Origin: a virus | Taxonomy: Duplodnaviria > Caudoviricetes | IMG/VR virus record: IMGVR_UViG_3300017754_004644 | Location: 1 to 24,360 of that record | Strand: one strand, 5' to 3' | Length of the DNA: 24,360 bases | Shown: piece after piece, positions 10,686-20,096 of the stretch | Layout of the letters: the number at the start of each line of letters is the position of its first letter | How positions within the stretch are numbered: the first letter of the stretch is position 1 | Notes under the pieces: generated by a model | Databases searched by the model: none | The model's input: the letters and a program-made list of their open reading frames with translations, nothing else | Told to the model about the DNA's origin: nothing | Position numbers and translations under genes: made by a program

Positions 10686-11594
10686 ATGGCAACAGGCAGT
10701 TACGGAACGGTAAGAGGATCAGATGTTAGTCCTGAGGACGTTGAAATAATTTTGACGTATACTCCAAGTAGAGACGACACTAATAATTTCATTTTAACAA
10801 CATTGAATGCTCAAGACGTTCTTAGACCTTATTTTCACAATTCAGACACTGGTGGTAATGCAAACGTGGAAATATTAGGTGGTTTATACAACTTAAAATT
10901 ACCGGCAAATCAATTTAATAAATTAGGTATTTATACCTTATTAATTAGACCTGCGGAAATAAGAACTGTGATTAATGATTGTGGTGTTTTGTCAGCATTA
11001 CCTAATGTTAAAGGAATTGTGGTTGATATAAATCAAGTACCTGTTGAATATAGAAATAAATTTGTTAATCAAGGTTTAACTGGTTTTAGAGTTGAGTATT
11101 TAAATCCTGATGGTACAAAAATACCTAATTTTTTCAGAATCATAACATCTTCTTTTTATTGTGAACCAGTTGTTCAGAATCTAACAAACACAATACAAAA
11201 ATCAATCAGATATAGATATGTTGATGGGGCGACAAATTTAATTTTTTGTACTCTGTCACCATCATCATCACCAACAAACAAACCAAACGCAACACCATAT
11301 ATTGGACAACCAAATCAAGACATTATTATAACAAACACTTATTTCAACCCGATCACAACTGAAATTGAAATAGTTGACCAAGATATCTCAACGTTGGCAA
11401 TTGCTCTTTATGGAAATCAAACTAAATCTATTGATGATGGAATTTACACAATTTACGACTCCAACAATAACATTTATAAACAATACAACCTTTATGAAAT
11501 TAAAGACCAATTTAATAATTTATTATATGAGGTAAGACAAGATAGAGGTACAAACATAGATTTTAGTAAAAGTTTTTCTAATATAACAGCATAA
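10686..11594 (+). CDS. Hypothetical phage structural (probably baseplate) protein (302 aa)
   Basis: Clean ORF behind a TATTTAT motif, coupled by TAATG to the gp7/gpI-like gene; no family recognised. Confidence 0.6.
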   Translation: MATGSYGTVRGSDVSPEDVEIILTYTPSRDDTNNFILTTLNAQDVLRPYFHNSDTGGNANVEILGGLYNLKLPANQFNKLGIYTLLIRPAEIRTVINDCGVLSALPNVKGIVVDINQVPVEYRNKFVNQGLTGFRVEYLNPDGTKIPNFFRIITSSFYCEPVVQNLTNTIQKSIRYRYVDGATNLIFCTLSPSSSPTNKPNATPYIGQPNQDIIITNTYFNPITTEIEIVDQDISTLAIALYGNQTKSIDDGIYTIYDSNNNIYKQYNLYEIKDQFNNLLYEVRQDRGTNIDFSKSFSNITA

Positions 11595-14584
11595 TGGCAA
11601 CACAAAAATTTACCTGTCCTCCCCAAAACGCAAGCGGCCAAGGAACGTTTTCTGACAATTTAGTTGGATTACAATTAGTTGGTGGTGGAGGATTTACGCA
11701 GGGAAATTTTGAATTCACAACCTCAATCTCAGAGAAACAAAATAGAACATTTAACATAGGAACATTTTCAGATCCAATCAACTTACAAAGTATGGATATT
11801 GAAAGTGTTGCAGAGGCTAGAGGGATATTAACAAGTAACTTAAGTGTATATCCTAATTATGATTTATCACAGGTAACTAATTTTACCGAATATGGATCTT
11901 TAAGTAAAAGACTCTCAACGTCAGTAACAAAAATTATAAACTATTTTCCTGCGGCTTTAGAAATTTCCCCTGTTAATAAAAAAATGTTAAATGTTGAAAC
12001 CGCAATAAATGCGGTTTATGATGTTATAGATAACGAGACAAGTTTTGATCTTAGAATCACGTCAATAAACAATCCTTTTGACATAGATTTTTCAGTTAGT
12101 GCTACAAGAAATATTGCATTAAGAGAAATACAAGTATCACCATTAAGAGATATGACCGTAGAATATAAAAAATATTCACTATTCATCGGTCAGACAGAAT
12201 ACCCCGTTAACTTTATAACTCCTACTAACGATTCATCAATATTATTTAATATAGTTGTTGAAGGAAATCCTTTTTCTGGAAACTCAATTTCTTATGATTA
12301 CTTAGTAATCAGACCTAATGATATAGAAGTTAATAGAGTATTCAAAGATAGTTTAGATCCTGTTGAGAATTTTCTTTTAAATAGAAATGTAAATCCAATT
12401 TATACATCGTCATTTAGAGTACCTAAAGAAACTGAATCAGGTAATTATGTATTCACAAGTCAATTTGCGACTTTTCCATTAAGCGGTGTTTGGAATTTAG
12501 ATATTGAGTCAAAATCTTTTGACAATTATTTGGAGAAATTAAGTTCTTATGGTATTAGTTTAGATGAATATAAAACAAATCTAATATCAAGATTTTTAAC
12601 TACTGCGGCTCTTAAAGAATTTGATACTCCTGATCAAAAATTTGAAAAGGTTTTACAAATATATGGTAGAAGTTTTGATGAAACAAAAACATTCATCAAC
12701 GCTTTAGCGAACATGAACAATGTTAACTACATTGTAACTAATGACATACCATCACAACTTTTGAAAAATTTGGCCGAGACCCTTGGTTGGAAAACAAATA
12801 TTTCACCAATTACAAATGAGATGTTGTTAGGTAGTGTTTTCTCACCAACAACAAACACTTATACTGGTTTATCTAAAGGACAAACACCTGAAGAACTTAA
12901 TTACCAATATTATAGAAATTTAATTTTAAATTCTGCGTATCTATTTAAATCAAAAGGAACTAGAAAATCGATTGAATGTCTTCTTAAATTAATAGGTGCT
13001 CCTGAAGCCCTTACTGAATTTAATGAGTATGTTTATGTTGCGGATCAAAGAATTAATATGAGTGATTTTGATCAACAGTATAGACAAATCACAGGAGGGA
13101 CCTTTACGCAACAATTTCCTTCTTTACAAACAAACAACATATTCTCAATCCAAGGAGTACAATATACCGGATTTACCACAAATAGTTTAACGGTAGATGT
13201 TACAACAACTAGAGATGATTATCCTGTCGATATTTTTGGTTGTCCACAAATGCCAACGGCAAGTGACACATATTTTTACCAAATAGGTGGTGGATGGTTT
13301 GAATCAACACCACAACATAGAATGCCAGCGGCTGTGAATATAACAAACAATGTTTTTACAGGAAACAACCCTGACTACCAAACAACCTTGTTACCCTTCA
13401 ATTACGGAGAAGAGTATTTACAAAGATATAGACAATTCCCGTACATGAATCTTGGGTATAGATTAAGAAAGATCCAAGACAACAAAAAAAGTTGGTATGA
13501 TGAACAAGGTATTTTAAGAGAAAGTTTTGACGCTGGTTTTAACGCATATTATACCGTTGGAGAAGAATGTTTAACCATTAATGTTAAAAACGTTGATATA
13601 TTCATGAATCCGGCACAAGGATTGGTTTATGACGTTTGGTCAATGTCTAGACAATATAATTTCCCAATACCTGAACAAGGTTTAAATTATGTACCACCAT
13701 CACCTTGTAACATACCAAATCCATACCCAAAAAGAGGAGGAATAGATTGGACTGAGATTATACCAAAACCAAAACAAAAAACTTTTTTTGAGTTTGCTCA
13801 AACTTTCTGGCATAATATGATTAATGTTAGAAATAGACAATTTATCACTGACGGTAAGACAGGTGGTTATCCTACTTTACAATCAATTTATTGGAAATAT
13901 TTAGAATCACAACAATTAGCCGGTATCCAAAACGATAATTTTACCTACCAAACTATGATCGATTACGTAAATGGTCTCGGAGATTATTGGATTAGATTAA
14001 TTGAACAAATGATACCTGCAACAACGATATGGACTACAGGGACAAAGTTAGAAAATTCAATTTTCCACAGACAAAAATTTGTTTGGAGAAGACAAACTGG
14101 ATGTAAATTTATTCCTGTTCCATGTAAACCATGTAGTATAATTACACAACTTTTTGTTTATGATTGTCCAGGTCAAAAAATTGAATGTGGTATATTCCCT
14201 TGGAATAACGACCCAACTGTGGTCTCATTTGGATATATTTTAAATCAAGTATTACAACAATACTATGCATCAAGTAATATTAATTGGGCCGATTGTTTAG
14301 GTACCACAATAATAGCCAATTGGTTTGTTGATTTAAGGTTAAACGGAAATCCTGTGGTCCAACAACAATTTTTGACGACTTATGGTGCGTTAAATGCACC
14401 GACTTCACAACAATGGTTAGTTGCTTTGGAGTCGGCATTAAGTAGTTTACAACTTAGTGGTTATAGTTATGATATTGATATAGATAATGAAACCGTAACG
14501 GTATTCAATAATAATTGCAATTCAACATTTGATGATTTTCAAATAAATGTCGGAATTGATTTCGAAGTTTTATGTAACGGGTAA
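11594..14584 (+). CDS. Baseplate wedge protein, T4 gp7 / P2 gpI (Tail_P2_I)-like (996 aa)
   Basis: DIPSQLLKNLAETLGW...YYRNLILNSAYLFKSKGTRKSIECLLKLIG (nt ~12740-13000) matches the gpI/gp7 pattern (P..L..LA..LGW...R..I......KGT..AI...L); lies in the same module as a gp6-like gene. Confidence 0.7.
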   Translation: MATQKFTCPPQNASGQGTFSDNLVGLQLVGGGGFTQGNFEFTTSISEKQNRTFNIGTFSDPINLQSMDIESVAEARGILTSNLSVYPNYDLSQVTNFTEYGSLSKRLSTSVTKIINYFPAALEISPVNKKMLNVETAINAVYDVIDNETSFDLRITSINNPFDIDFSVSATRNIALREIQVSPLRDMTVEYKKYSLFIGQTEYPVNFITPTNDSSILFNIVVEGNPFSGNSISYDYLVIRPNDIEVNRVFKDSLDPVENFLLNRNVNPIYTSSFRVPKETESGNYVFTSQFATFPLSGVWNLDIESKSFDNYLEKLSSYGISLDEYKTNLISRFLTTAALKEFDTPDQKFEKVLQIYGRSFDETKTFINALANMNNVNYIVTNDIPSQLLKNLAETLGWKTNISPITNEMLLGSVFSPTTNTYTGLSKGQTPEELNYQYYRNLILNSAYLFKSKGTRKSIECLLKLIGAPEALTEFNEYVYVADQRINMSDFDQQYRQITGGTFTQQFPSLQTNNIFSIQGVQYTGFTTNSLTVDVTTTRDDYPVDIFGCPQMPTASDTYFYQIGGGWFESTPQHRMPAAVNITNNVFTGNNPDYQTTLLPFNYGEEYLQRYRQFPYMNLGYRLRKIQDNKKSWYDEQGILRESFDAGFNAYYTVGEECLTINVKNVDIFMNPAQGLVYDVWSMSRQYNFPIPEQGLNYVPPSPCNIPNPYPKRGGIDWTEIIPKPKQKTFFEFAQTFWHNMINVRNRQFITDGKTGGYPTLQSIYWKYLESQQLAGIQNDNFTYQTMIDYVNGLGDYWIRLIEQMIPATTIWTTGTKLENSIFHRQKFVWRRQTGCKFIPVPCKPCSIITQLFVYDCPGQKIECGIFPWNNDPTVVSFGYILNQVLQQYYASSNINWADCLGTTIIANWFVDLRLNGNPVVQQQFLTTYGALNAPTSQQWLVALESALSSLQLSGYSYDIDIDNETVTVFNNNCNSTFDDFQINVGIDFEVLCNG

Positions 14585-16770
14585 TGGGGTACATTTTAAT
14601 ATATGATCTTACTTTTACTGGAGATTGTTCAAATACAAACTCGGGTGGTTTCTCTTTTAGTATAACAGGAGATAGTGGACCAACATGGTTGGTTTATGAT
14701 ATAACATCAGGTGGAACTATACCAACCTCAGCGGCAACGACATATTATGAAGTAACTGGATTGCCGGCAAATACATATTTTTTAGAAGTCCAAGATTCGG
14801 TAGATTCATTACCTGTAGTTATTAATATTTCTTCAGGTACTACAGTTTCTGTAATATCTGAAGACACGACATGTGGTTTTAACAATGGATCTATAACCGC
14901 ATCGACTCAATATGTATATGGTCAATCTTATTATTATTTATATGATTCATTAAATAATTTGATGTCCACTGGTACAACAAACGATTTGTATTTTGAATTT
15001 TCACCATTGAGTGCTGACACATATTATGTGGTTGCTAATGACGGTGGTGGATGTACAGGAAGCACTGCAACCGTTTTGATACAATCCTCAACAACTTTTG
15101 ATTTTGGTTATTACGTTGTTGCGGACTCAAGTTGTTATAATGAAGGTAGTGGTAAAATATTTATTACAGGTTTAACACCGACTTCCGCTTATACGGTTAC
15201 TTGGTTGAGTGACGTTGGAGGGCAGAGTGGATTTACAGTAACTGGTTTGACAACAGGTATCTATCAAGTTGAAGTTGAGGATATAAATGGATGTATTGCA
15301 ACCAAATCAATAAATGTCCCTGATGTACCAATTATTGGTTTGGGTGCGTTTTTTGTAACGCCAAGTAGTGCTTGTTTTATTGACGATGCTGAAGTTGAGG
15401 TTGTAATTACAGGTGGTACCGCACCTTTTTACTACAGTGGAACATCAGGACAGGTTGGAATTTCTTTCTCAACCTCATACACTTTTACGGGTGTTTCGGC
15501 AGGGTATTTTGGTGTTAGTGTTACAGATGCTGGACTTTGTAATTTTACAGCACAAGCATCCGTATTAAACCCTAACACTTTTTATCAAGTTGATATAAAC
15601 ACAACAAACTCTAATTGTTCTTCAAACGACGGGACAATACAGATAATTGTAGATGAAGGTAACCCACCACTATCAACATTTAATTATTCAGTTTCAGGAA
15701 CCTCAGGTTATTATCAAACTGTAAATTTTGGAAATCCAATACAAACTTTTAACGGTTTAGGATCGGGAGATTACATCATAACAGTATCCGACGATAATGG
15801 GTGTACATACACAGGAACCACAACAATAACAAATGTTGCATCTTATTCAATAACGGCAAACACAACAGGAACTACATGCGGATTCAATAACGGTATTGTG
15901 GAAATAATTGTTTCAACCGGAGGAACATATCCATATTCTTTCACTCTTGTTGGACCTGTTGGTAATTCTGAAATTAGAAATAATAATCTTGGTATTTTTG
16001 AAAATTTACCATCAGGAAACTATGATTTAATTGTATCAGACAGTAGTGATCCTACTTGTAACGAAGTGTCCAATGTTTATATTTCACCATCAAGTGGTGT
16101 TTATTTTGATTTTTATGTTAATCAACCTGTATTTGGTGGTGATGGAAGAATAAGTGTTTATATTACAAGAGGTACTCCACCTTTCACATTAAGTTGGAGT
16201 GGTGATGTTGGTACACAAACAGGATTAGTAATAACTGGTGCGTCATCAGGACAATATAGTTTAGAAATTACTGATAGTTTAGGATGTGGGTTAAAGAAAG
16301 ATGTTATTTTATTTGGTACAAAAAGCGTAACTAACTACAGTATATTCACTAGTTGTGAACAGACCTTCCAAAGTGTTAATACCGTAACGAGAAGAGGTAT
16401 TCGACAAATGTATTGGGAAGGATTTTCAGACCTAACAAGTGGTGATACAAATTGTATAATCACTTCTGCCGATTTCATTATTTTAGCAACTGTTGATGGA
16501 GAAACAAAAGAAGAAGTATTTTATAATTCTTCAGGTTTTACAGACTATCCTTCAGATACACTATGGTCTAACACTTTAATTGATATGTTGAATAGTTTTG
16601 CAGGAATCTCAAATGTTGTTGTAGATGTGGACAATAATAAAGTGACAATTACCAGTGATTGTACAAAACTACCAAAAAATTGTGATTTAGAAATTACAAA
16701 TTCTTTGGATAATACACCAATAGTTGTTGATTTAAAAATTGAATACGACATTGCATGTGTTAGTTGTTAA
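14584..16770 (+). CDS. SprB-repeat (Ig-like adhesin) Cys-rich putative virion fibre/appendage protein (728 aa)
   Basis: About six tandem modules of the type C...G.I....GGT.P(Y/F).(Y/W)...(F)xGLxxGxYxVxVxDxxGC, e.g. TGLTTGIYQVEVEDINGC, ITGGTAPFYYS...GVSAGYFGVSVTDAGLC, NGLGSGDYIITVSDDNGC, GGTYPYSF...ENLPSGNYDLIVSD, RGTPPFTLSW...GASSGQYSLEITDSLGC. No signal peptide or T9SS tail apparent. Confidence 0.75.
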   Translation: MGYILIYDLTFTGDCSNTNSGGFSFSITGDSGPTWLVYDITSGGTIPTSAATTYYEVTGLPANTYFLEVQDSVDSLPVVINISSGTTVSVISEDTTCGFNNGSITASTQYVYGQSYYYLYDSLNNLMSTGTTNDLYFEFSPLSADTYYVVANDGGGCTGSTATVLIQSSTTFDFGYYVVADSSCYNEGSGKIFITGLTPTSAYTVTWLSDVGGQSGFTVTGLTTGIYQVEVEDINGCIATKSINVPDVPIIGLGAFFVTPSSACFIDDAEVEVVITGGTAPFYYSGTSGQVGISFSTSYTFTGVSAGYFGVSVTDAGLCNFTAQASVLNPNTFYQVDINTTNSNCSSNDGTIQIIVDEGNPPLSTFNYSVSGTSGYYQTVNFGNPIQTFNGLGSGDYIITVSDDNGCTYTGTTTITNVASYSITANTTGTTCGFNNGIVEIIVSTGGTYPYSFTLVGPVGNSEIRNNNLGIFENLPSGNYDLIVSDSSDPTCNEVSNVYISPSSGVYFDFYVNQPVFGGDGRISVYITRGTPPFTLSWSGDVGTQTGLVITGASSGQYSLEITDSLGCGLKKDVILFGTKSVTNYSIFTSCEQTFQSVNTVTRRGIRQMYWEGFSDLTSGDTNCIITSADFIILATVDGETKEEVFYNSSGFTDYPSDTLWSNTLIDMLNSFAGISNVVVDVDNNKVTITSDCTKLPKNCDLEITNSLDNTPIVVDLKIEYDIACVSC

Positions 16771-16773
16771 AAT

Positions 16774-16989
16774 ATGAATGAAATAACTATAAATTCGGTT
16801 AGTGGTTTTTCTTTACCTATAAGTGCTTACACATGTGATGTATATGGTAATCAATGTGTATATGCCGGTACAATAATAACAATACCTGAAACCATTACAC
16901 TAAGTTCTCAATTTAATATGGCACCCGCTTTAGGTTTAAAATTAAACGACGGAACTTGCGAAACTTTCGAAATTATTGATTGTTCTTAG
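16774..16989 (+). CDS. Small Cys-containing hypothetical protein (71 aa)
   Basis: Starts 3 nt after the upstream stop and fills the gap; beta-rich with 4 Cys, composition like neighbouring structural proteins. Confidence 0.65.
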   Translation: MNEITINSVSGFSLPISAYTCDVYGNQCVYAGTIITIPETITLSSQFNMAPALGLKLNDGTCETFEIIDCS

Positions 16990-17017
16990 ATCTTATTTTT
17001 TAATTCCTCACGTTAAA

Positions 17018-17045
17018 TTCACTTAAAAAAATATGTTAGTATAAT
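17018..17045 (+). promoter_or_regulatory. Putative sigma70-like (early/middle) promoter TTCACT-N16-TATAAT
   Basis: TTCACT 17018-17023, 16-nt spacer, perfect TATAAT 17040-17045, 6 nt before ATG 17052; the same architecture occurs before the RuvC-like gene. Confidence 0.5.
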
Positions 17046-17051
17046 TCTATC

Positions 17052-18032
17052 ATGGATTCTCTTCTTTTTGTTAGTGCTCAACCTGACGTACCGTATTTTC
17101 ATTGGCAGGTAAAATTATATGTTCACAATTTTATAGAAAAAGGAATCAATCCAAAAAACATCCATGTAATATACTCAATACCCGAAGGTAAAAAAGAACC
17201 ATCAGACGAATCAATAGAAATTTTAAAAAATGGAATAAACTTACATTTCTTCAAAGACGAAAGAGATAATAAACATTATATCCCAAGCATTAAACCATAC
17301 TTAATTAGTAAATGGATTGAAAAAAACAGTGATCATGGGAATATGTTTTTTTTACACGATGCGGACATAATGTTTAATAAATTACCAAATTTTGAAAAAT
17401 TAATAAAAGATGATGTAATTTATCTATCTAATACTAAAAGTTATATTGGATATGAATATTTAAAAAAATGTTCAAAAAATTATGAAATAAGATTCGACCA
17501 TTGTAAAAATGAAGAACTAATTGATTCTATGTGTGATATTATTGGAATTCAAAAAAGTAAAATTATTGAAAATGAAGATAATTCAGGTGGAGGACAATAT
17601 ATTGTAAAAAATACAAGTCATAAAGTTTGGGATAAAATCTATAAAGACTCAAATTCTTTATACTCAACACTAATAAAATTCCAAAGAAAGTACCCAATCA
17701 ATCAAGGGCAGATCCAATTTTGGACCGCAGAGATGTGGTCACTTTTGTGGAATCTTTGGGTTGAAAACAAACAAACATTAATCACTGATGAATTGGATTT
17801 TTGTTGGGCAACAGATACTCTTGAAGAGTATGAAAAAAACCCAATCCTTCATATGGCCGGAGTGACAGAAAACATTAAACACGATAAATTTTATAAAGGT
17901 GATTTTATAGATAATGACCCAATTGAAATTTTAAAAAATGAACCTAATTATTTTAATTACATCAATCCTAATAGCTCAACAACAAAATATATTGAGAACA
18001 TTAAGGATTATTTAAAAAAAAGAGGTTTTTGA
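17052..18032 (+). CDS. GT-A fold glycosyltransferase resembling peptidyl-serine O-galactosyltransferase (SGT1/GT96) and hydroxyproline O-arabinosyltransferase (HPAT/GT95) (326 aa)
   Basis: Motifs in family order: YFHWQ (aa 15-19; SGT1 YFDWQ), YIPSIKP (aa 76-82; SGT1 YPAINKP), FFLHDADIMF with DxD at aa 103-105 (SGT1 VILDADMI), GGGQY, WTAEMW (aa 224-229; SGT1 WISEMY), late ILHMAG. Lys-rich soluble composition, unlike its neighbours. Reference motifs recalled from memory. Confidence 0.7.
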   Translation: MDSLLFVSAQPDVPYFHWQVKLYVHNFIEKGINPKNIHVIYSIPEGKKEPSDESIEILKNGINLHFFKDERDNKHYIPSIKPYLISKWIEKNSDHGNMFFLHDADIMFNKLPNFEKLIKDDVIYLSNTKSYIGYEYLKKCSKNYEIRFDHCKNEELIDSMCDIIGIQKSKIIENEDNSGGGQYIVKNTSHKVWDKIYKDSNSLYSTLIKFQRKYPINQGQIQFWTAEMWSLLWNLWVENKQTLITDELDFCWATDTLEEYEKNPILHMAGVTENIKHDKFYKGDFIDNDPIEILKNEPNYFNYINPNSSTTKYIENIKDYLKKRGF

Positions 18033-18033
18033 T

Positions 18034-18040
18034 TATTTAT
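18034..18040 (+). promoter_or_regulatory. Putative late promoter TATTTAT
   Basis: TATTTATA in the 15-nt gap between the GT stop and ATG 18048 (7 nt upstream). Confidence 0.55.
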
Positions 18041-18047
18041 AATAAGA

Positions 18048-20087
18048 ATGGAAAATTGTTTTGTATTATATTCTTGTGATGGGTCTTACGCACCAATTAT
18101 CTCAAACAATACGGATTTAAGTGCGTATACTAATTCGTTTGTTTCCATAATTATTACCGCACCATATATTGTACCATCAACTTGTTTTTATGTACTTTCT
18201 TTGGGTGTTATTGATTGTGATGTTACATATGATATTATAGTTGATCCTGATATACCATGTGATTGCGGCACCCTGTGTTATTTTGTTGACATTGAAGGAG
18301 AATATTATGACACAATTTATGTTAGAAATAACAATGAGATAGTAGTTGACCAATTCCAAACAGGAATTACCGCAAACTTTTGTTCTAAAATATACCCTGT
18401 TTTTGATTATACAGGAACAACTAAGGTGAAAATAATGGGAACCTGTGTTGGAGATGTTTGTCCACCAACAATCCCTTCCGTAAAAAGAACTAATGAATGT
18501 GATGTCACTACAATATTTCCAATGTATGTTGAGTGTTTAACACAAGCACCGACAAATCAATATACTTTTGATGGATCAGTACAGTTATTAGTTACCGGAG
18601 GAACACCACCGTATACAATTTTCTGGGAGATTGGTAGTTACGCACCTGCACTTACAAACTTAGGTGCTGGTGATTATAACGCACAAATTACCGATTATTA
18701 TGGAGATTTTGTGATTAATACTACTTGTGTTTTAACTGCGGAAACGGTAACCTATTCTGCCATGTGTTTTGTTTTAGAGAGTAAAACCTCAACACAATAT
18801 TTGACAATACAACCGTCCGGTGTTAAAAACTCAAAACCATATTACGTAATTTCAAATGGATTGATTTCTGTAGGGATAGTATTTTGGGATGGACAAACAA
18901 ATACTTGGGTATTCTGTCAAACTTTTGATTGTAACCCAAATCAATTATATGCTTATTTGGATAATAACGATGGACTTTACCCAACAACAGACACCTTACT
19001 AATGTATGAATGGGAAGATGGGACAAATTTAAATTATACTTTTAGTGAATCATATGTAGGACCTTGTAGTCTACCTATAATACCAAAAACATATCCTAAT
19101 TTATGTTTATTTTTACTTGTAAGAAGTTCCGGTGAAGATCCTGTTGAACAAATACAAATAGATTTAGGTTATAACTCTATTGTTAATGGACAACCAAGTT
19201 GGGAGAGTAGTGATAATCAATATTACCTTTATTGGAATACAGGAGCAACCCCAAATCAATGGGTTATAACAGGATATTCAAATAATAGTCAAATAGTTAA
19301 TTATAATGCTGCAGAACCACCAATAAGTAATTGGCAAAATTTTGGAGATGCTACATTATACACCGTTTCAGTCTTGAGTGGAAGTTGTAGTGCTGATAGT
19401 TTAGTTGGATTTAACGCAGTCGTTAATGATGCGGTCTGTGATAATTCAGGTACAATAATGATTACCGCTTATGGAGGGACACCACCATACCAATATTCTA
19501 TCAACTATGGTCAAACATATCAAAATTCACCGTATTTCCAAAATTTGGCACCAGGCAATTATGGGGTTAGAGTTATTGATAGTAATGGTGTATCTGAACA
19601 AAATTTGATTTCGGTTTTATCAACACCACCTGTCACATATCAATTAGGATTTGCATATACAATTGGTGGGGCGTTCCAAATAAATGCGCCAACGTTACCT
19701 GCGGGAATTACAATAACATTTGATTTAGTACATACCGGGGTACTAACTTATTATCCGAACACTTTAATAGTTCAGCCAACCTATAATAATTTTACAACAA
19801 TAACGGGAGTTGGACTTATGACACCATACAATAACTTGAATAGTTTTTCTTTTGTAAGTGGTCCTTGTAGTTTAACTTCACCAATTTATAAAAATCAAGA
19901 ATACAGAGTTTATAAAAATACACTTACTATTGGAAGTAACGGTGTGATAAGCGGATCAACAACAAATACTATAATAAACGCACCGTCAGGTCCTTGTACG
20001 TTTGCTGGTGGTACTTATACTTTACAATTGGCCAATCTAAGAGTGAATGGTTGTGATTGTTGTAGTGTTGAGGTAATAGGATTTTAA
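18048..20087 (+). CDS. Cys-rich SprB-repeat putative virion protein (679 aa)
   Basis: Two SprB-like modules (DGSVQLLVTGGTPPYTIFW...LTNLGAGDYNAQITD, nt ~18570-18700; SGTIMITAYGGTPPYQYS...FQNLAPGNYGVRVIDSNG, nt ~19445-19590) flanking two N(G/S)xPx(Y/W)...W...W modules; Cys-rich N-terminus. Confidence 0.7.
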   Translation: MENCFVLYSCDGSYAPIISNNTDLSAYTNSFVSIIITAPYIVPSTCFYVLSLGVIDCDVTYDIIVDPDIPCDCGTLCYFVDIEGEYYDTIYVRNNNEIVVDQFQTGITANFCSKIYPVFDYTGTTKVKIMGTCVGDVCPPTIPSVKRTNECDVTTIFPMYVECLTQAPTNQYTFDGSVQLLVTGGTPPYTIFWEIGSYAPALTNLGAGDYNAQITDYYGDFVINTTCVLTAETVTYSAMCFVLESKTSTQYLTIQPSGVKNSKPYYVISNGLISVGIVFWDGQTNTWVFCQTFDCNPNQLYAYLDNNDGLYPTTDTLLMYEWEDGTNLNYTFSESYVGPCSLPIIPKTYPNLCLFLLVRSSGEDPVEQIQIDLGYNSIVNGQPSWESSDNQYYLYWNTGATPNQWVITGYSNNSQIVNYNAAEPPISNWQNFGDATLYTVSVLSGSCSADSLVGFNAVVNDAVCDNSGTIMITAYGGTPPYQYSINYGQTYQNSPYFQNLAPGNYGVRVIDSNGVSEQNLISVLSTPPVTYQLGFAYTIGGAFQINAPTLPAGITITFDLVHTGVLTYYPNTLIVQPTYNNFTTITGVGLMTPYNNLNSFSFVSGPCSLTSPIYKNQEYRVYKNTLTIGSNGVISGSTTNTIINAPSGPCTFAGGTYTLQLANLRVNGCDCCSVEVIGF

Positions 20088-20096
20088 TAAAACTAA

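Noticed and set aside
1-14584. Bacterial contractile injection system (eCIS/T6SS) instead of phage
   Set aside because: No recognisable Afp/Tss ATPase, VgrG/PAAR or host genes in view; the phage-type RuvC, late-promoter-like motif and gene density favour a phage, although no capsid or terminase gene is in the window to prove it.
17052-18032. DNA-modifying glucosyltransferase (T4 alpha/beta-gt type)
   Set aside because: Those enzymes are GT-B fold without this motif set, and no base-modification genes are adjacent; not fully excluded without a structural search.
14584-20087. Host chromosomal T9SS adhesin genes (true sprB)
   Set aside because: No N-terminal signal peptide or T9SS C-terminal domain, far shorter than SprB, and the first is coupled to a baseplate gene.
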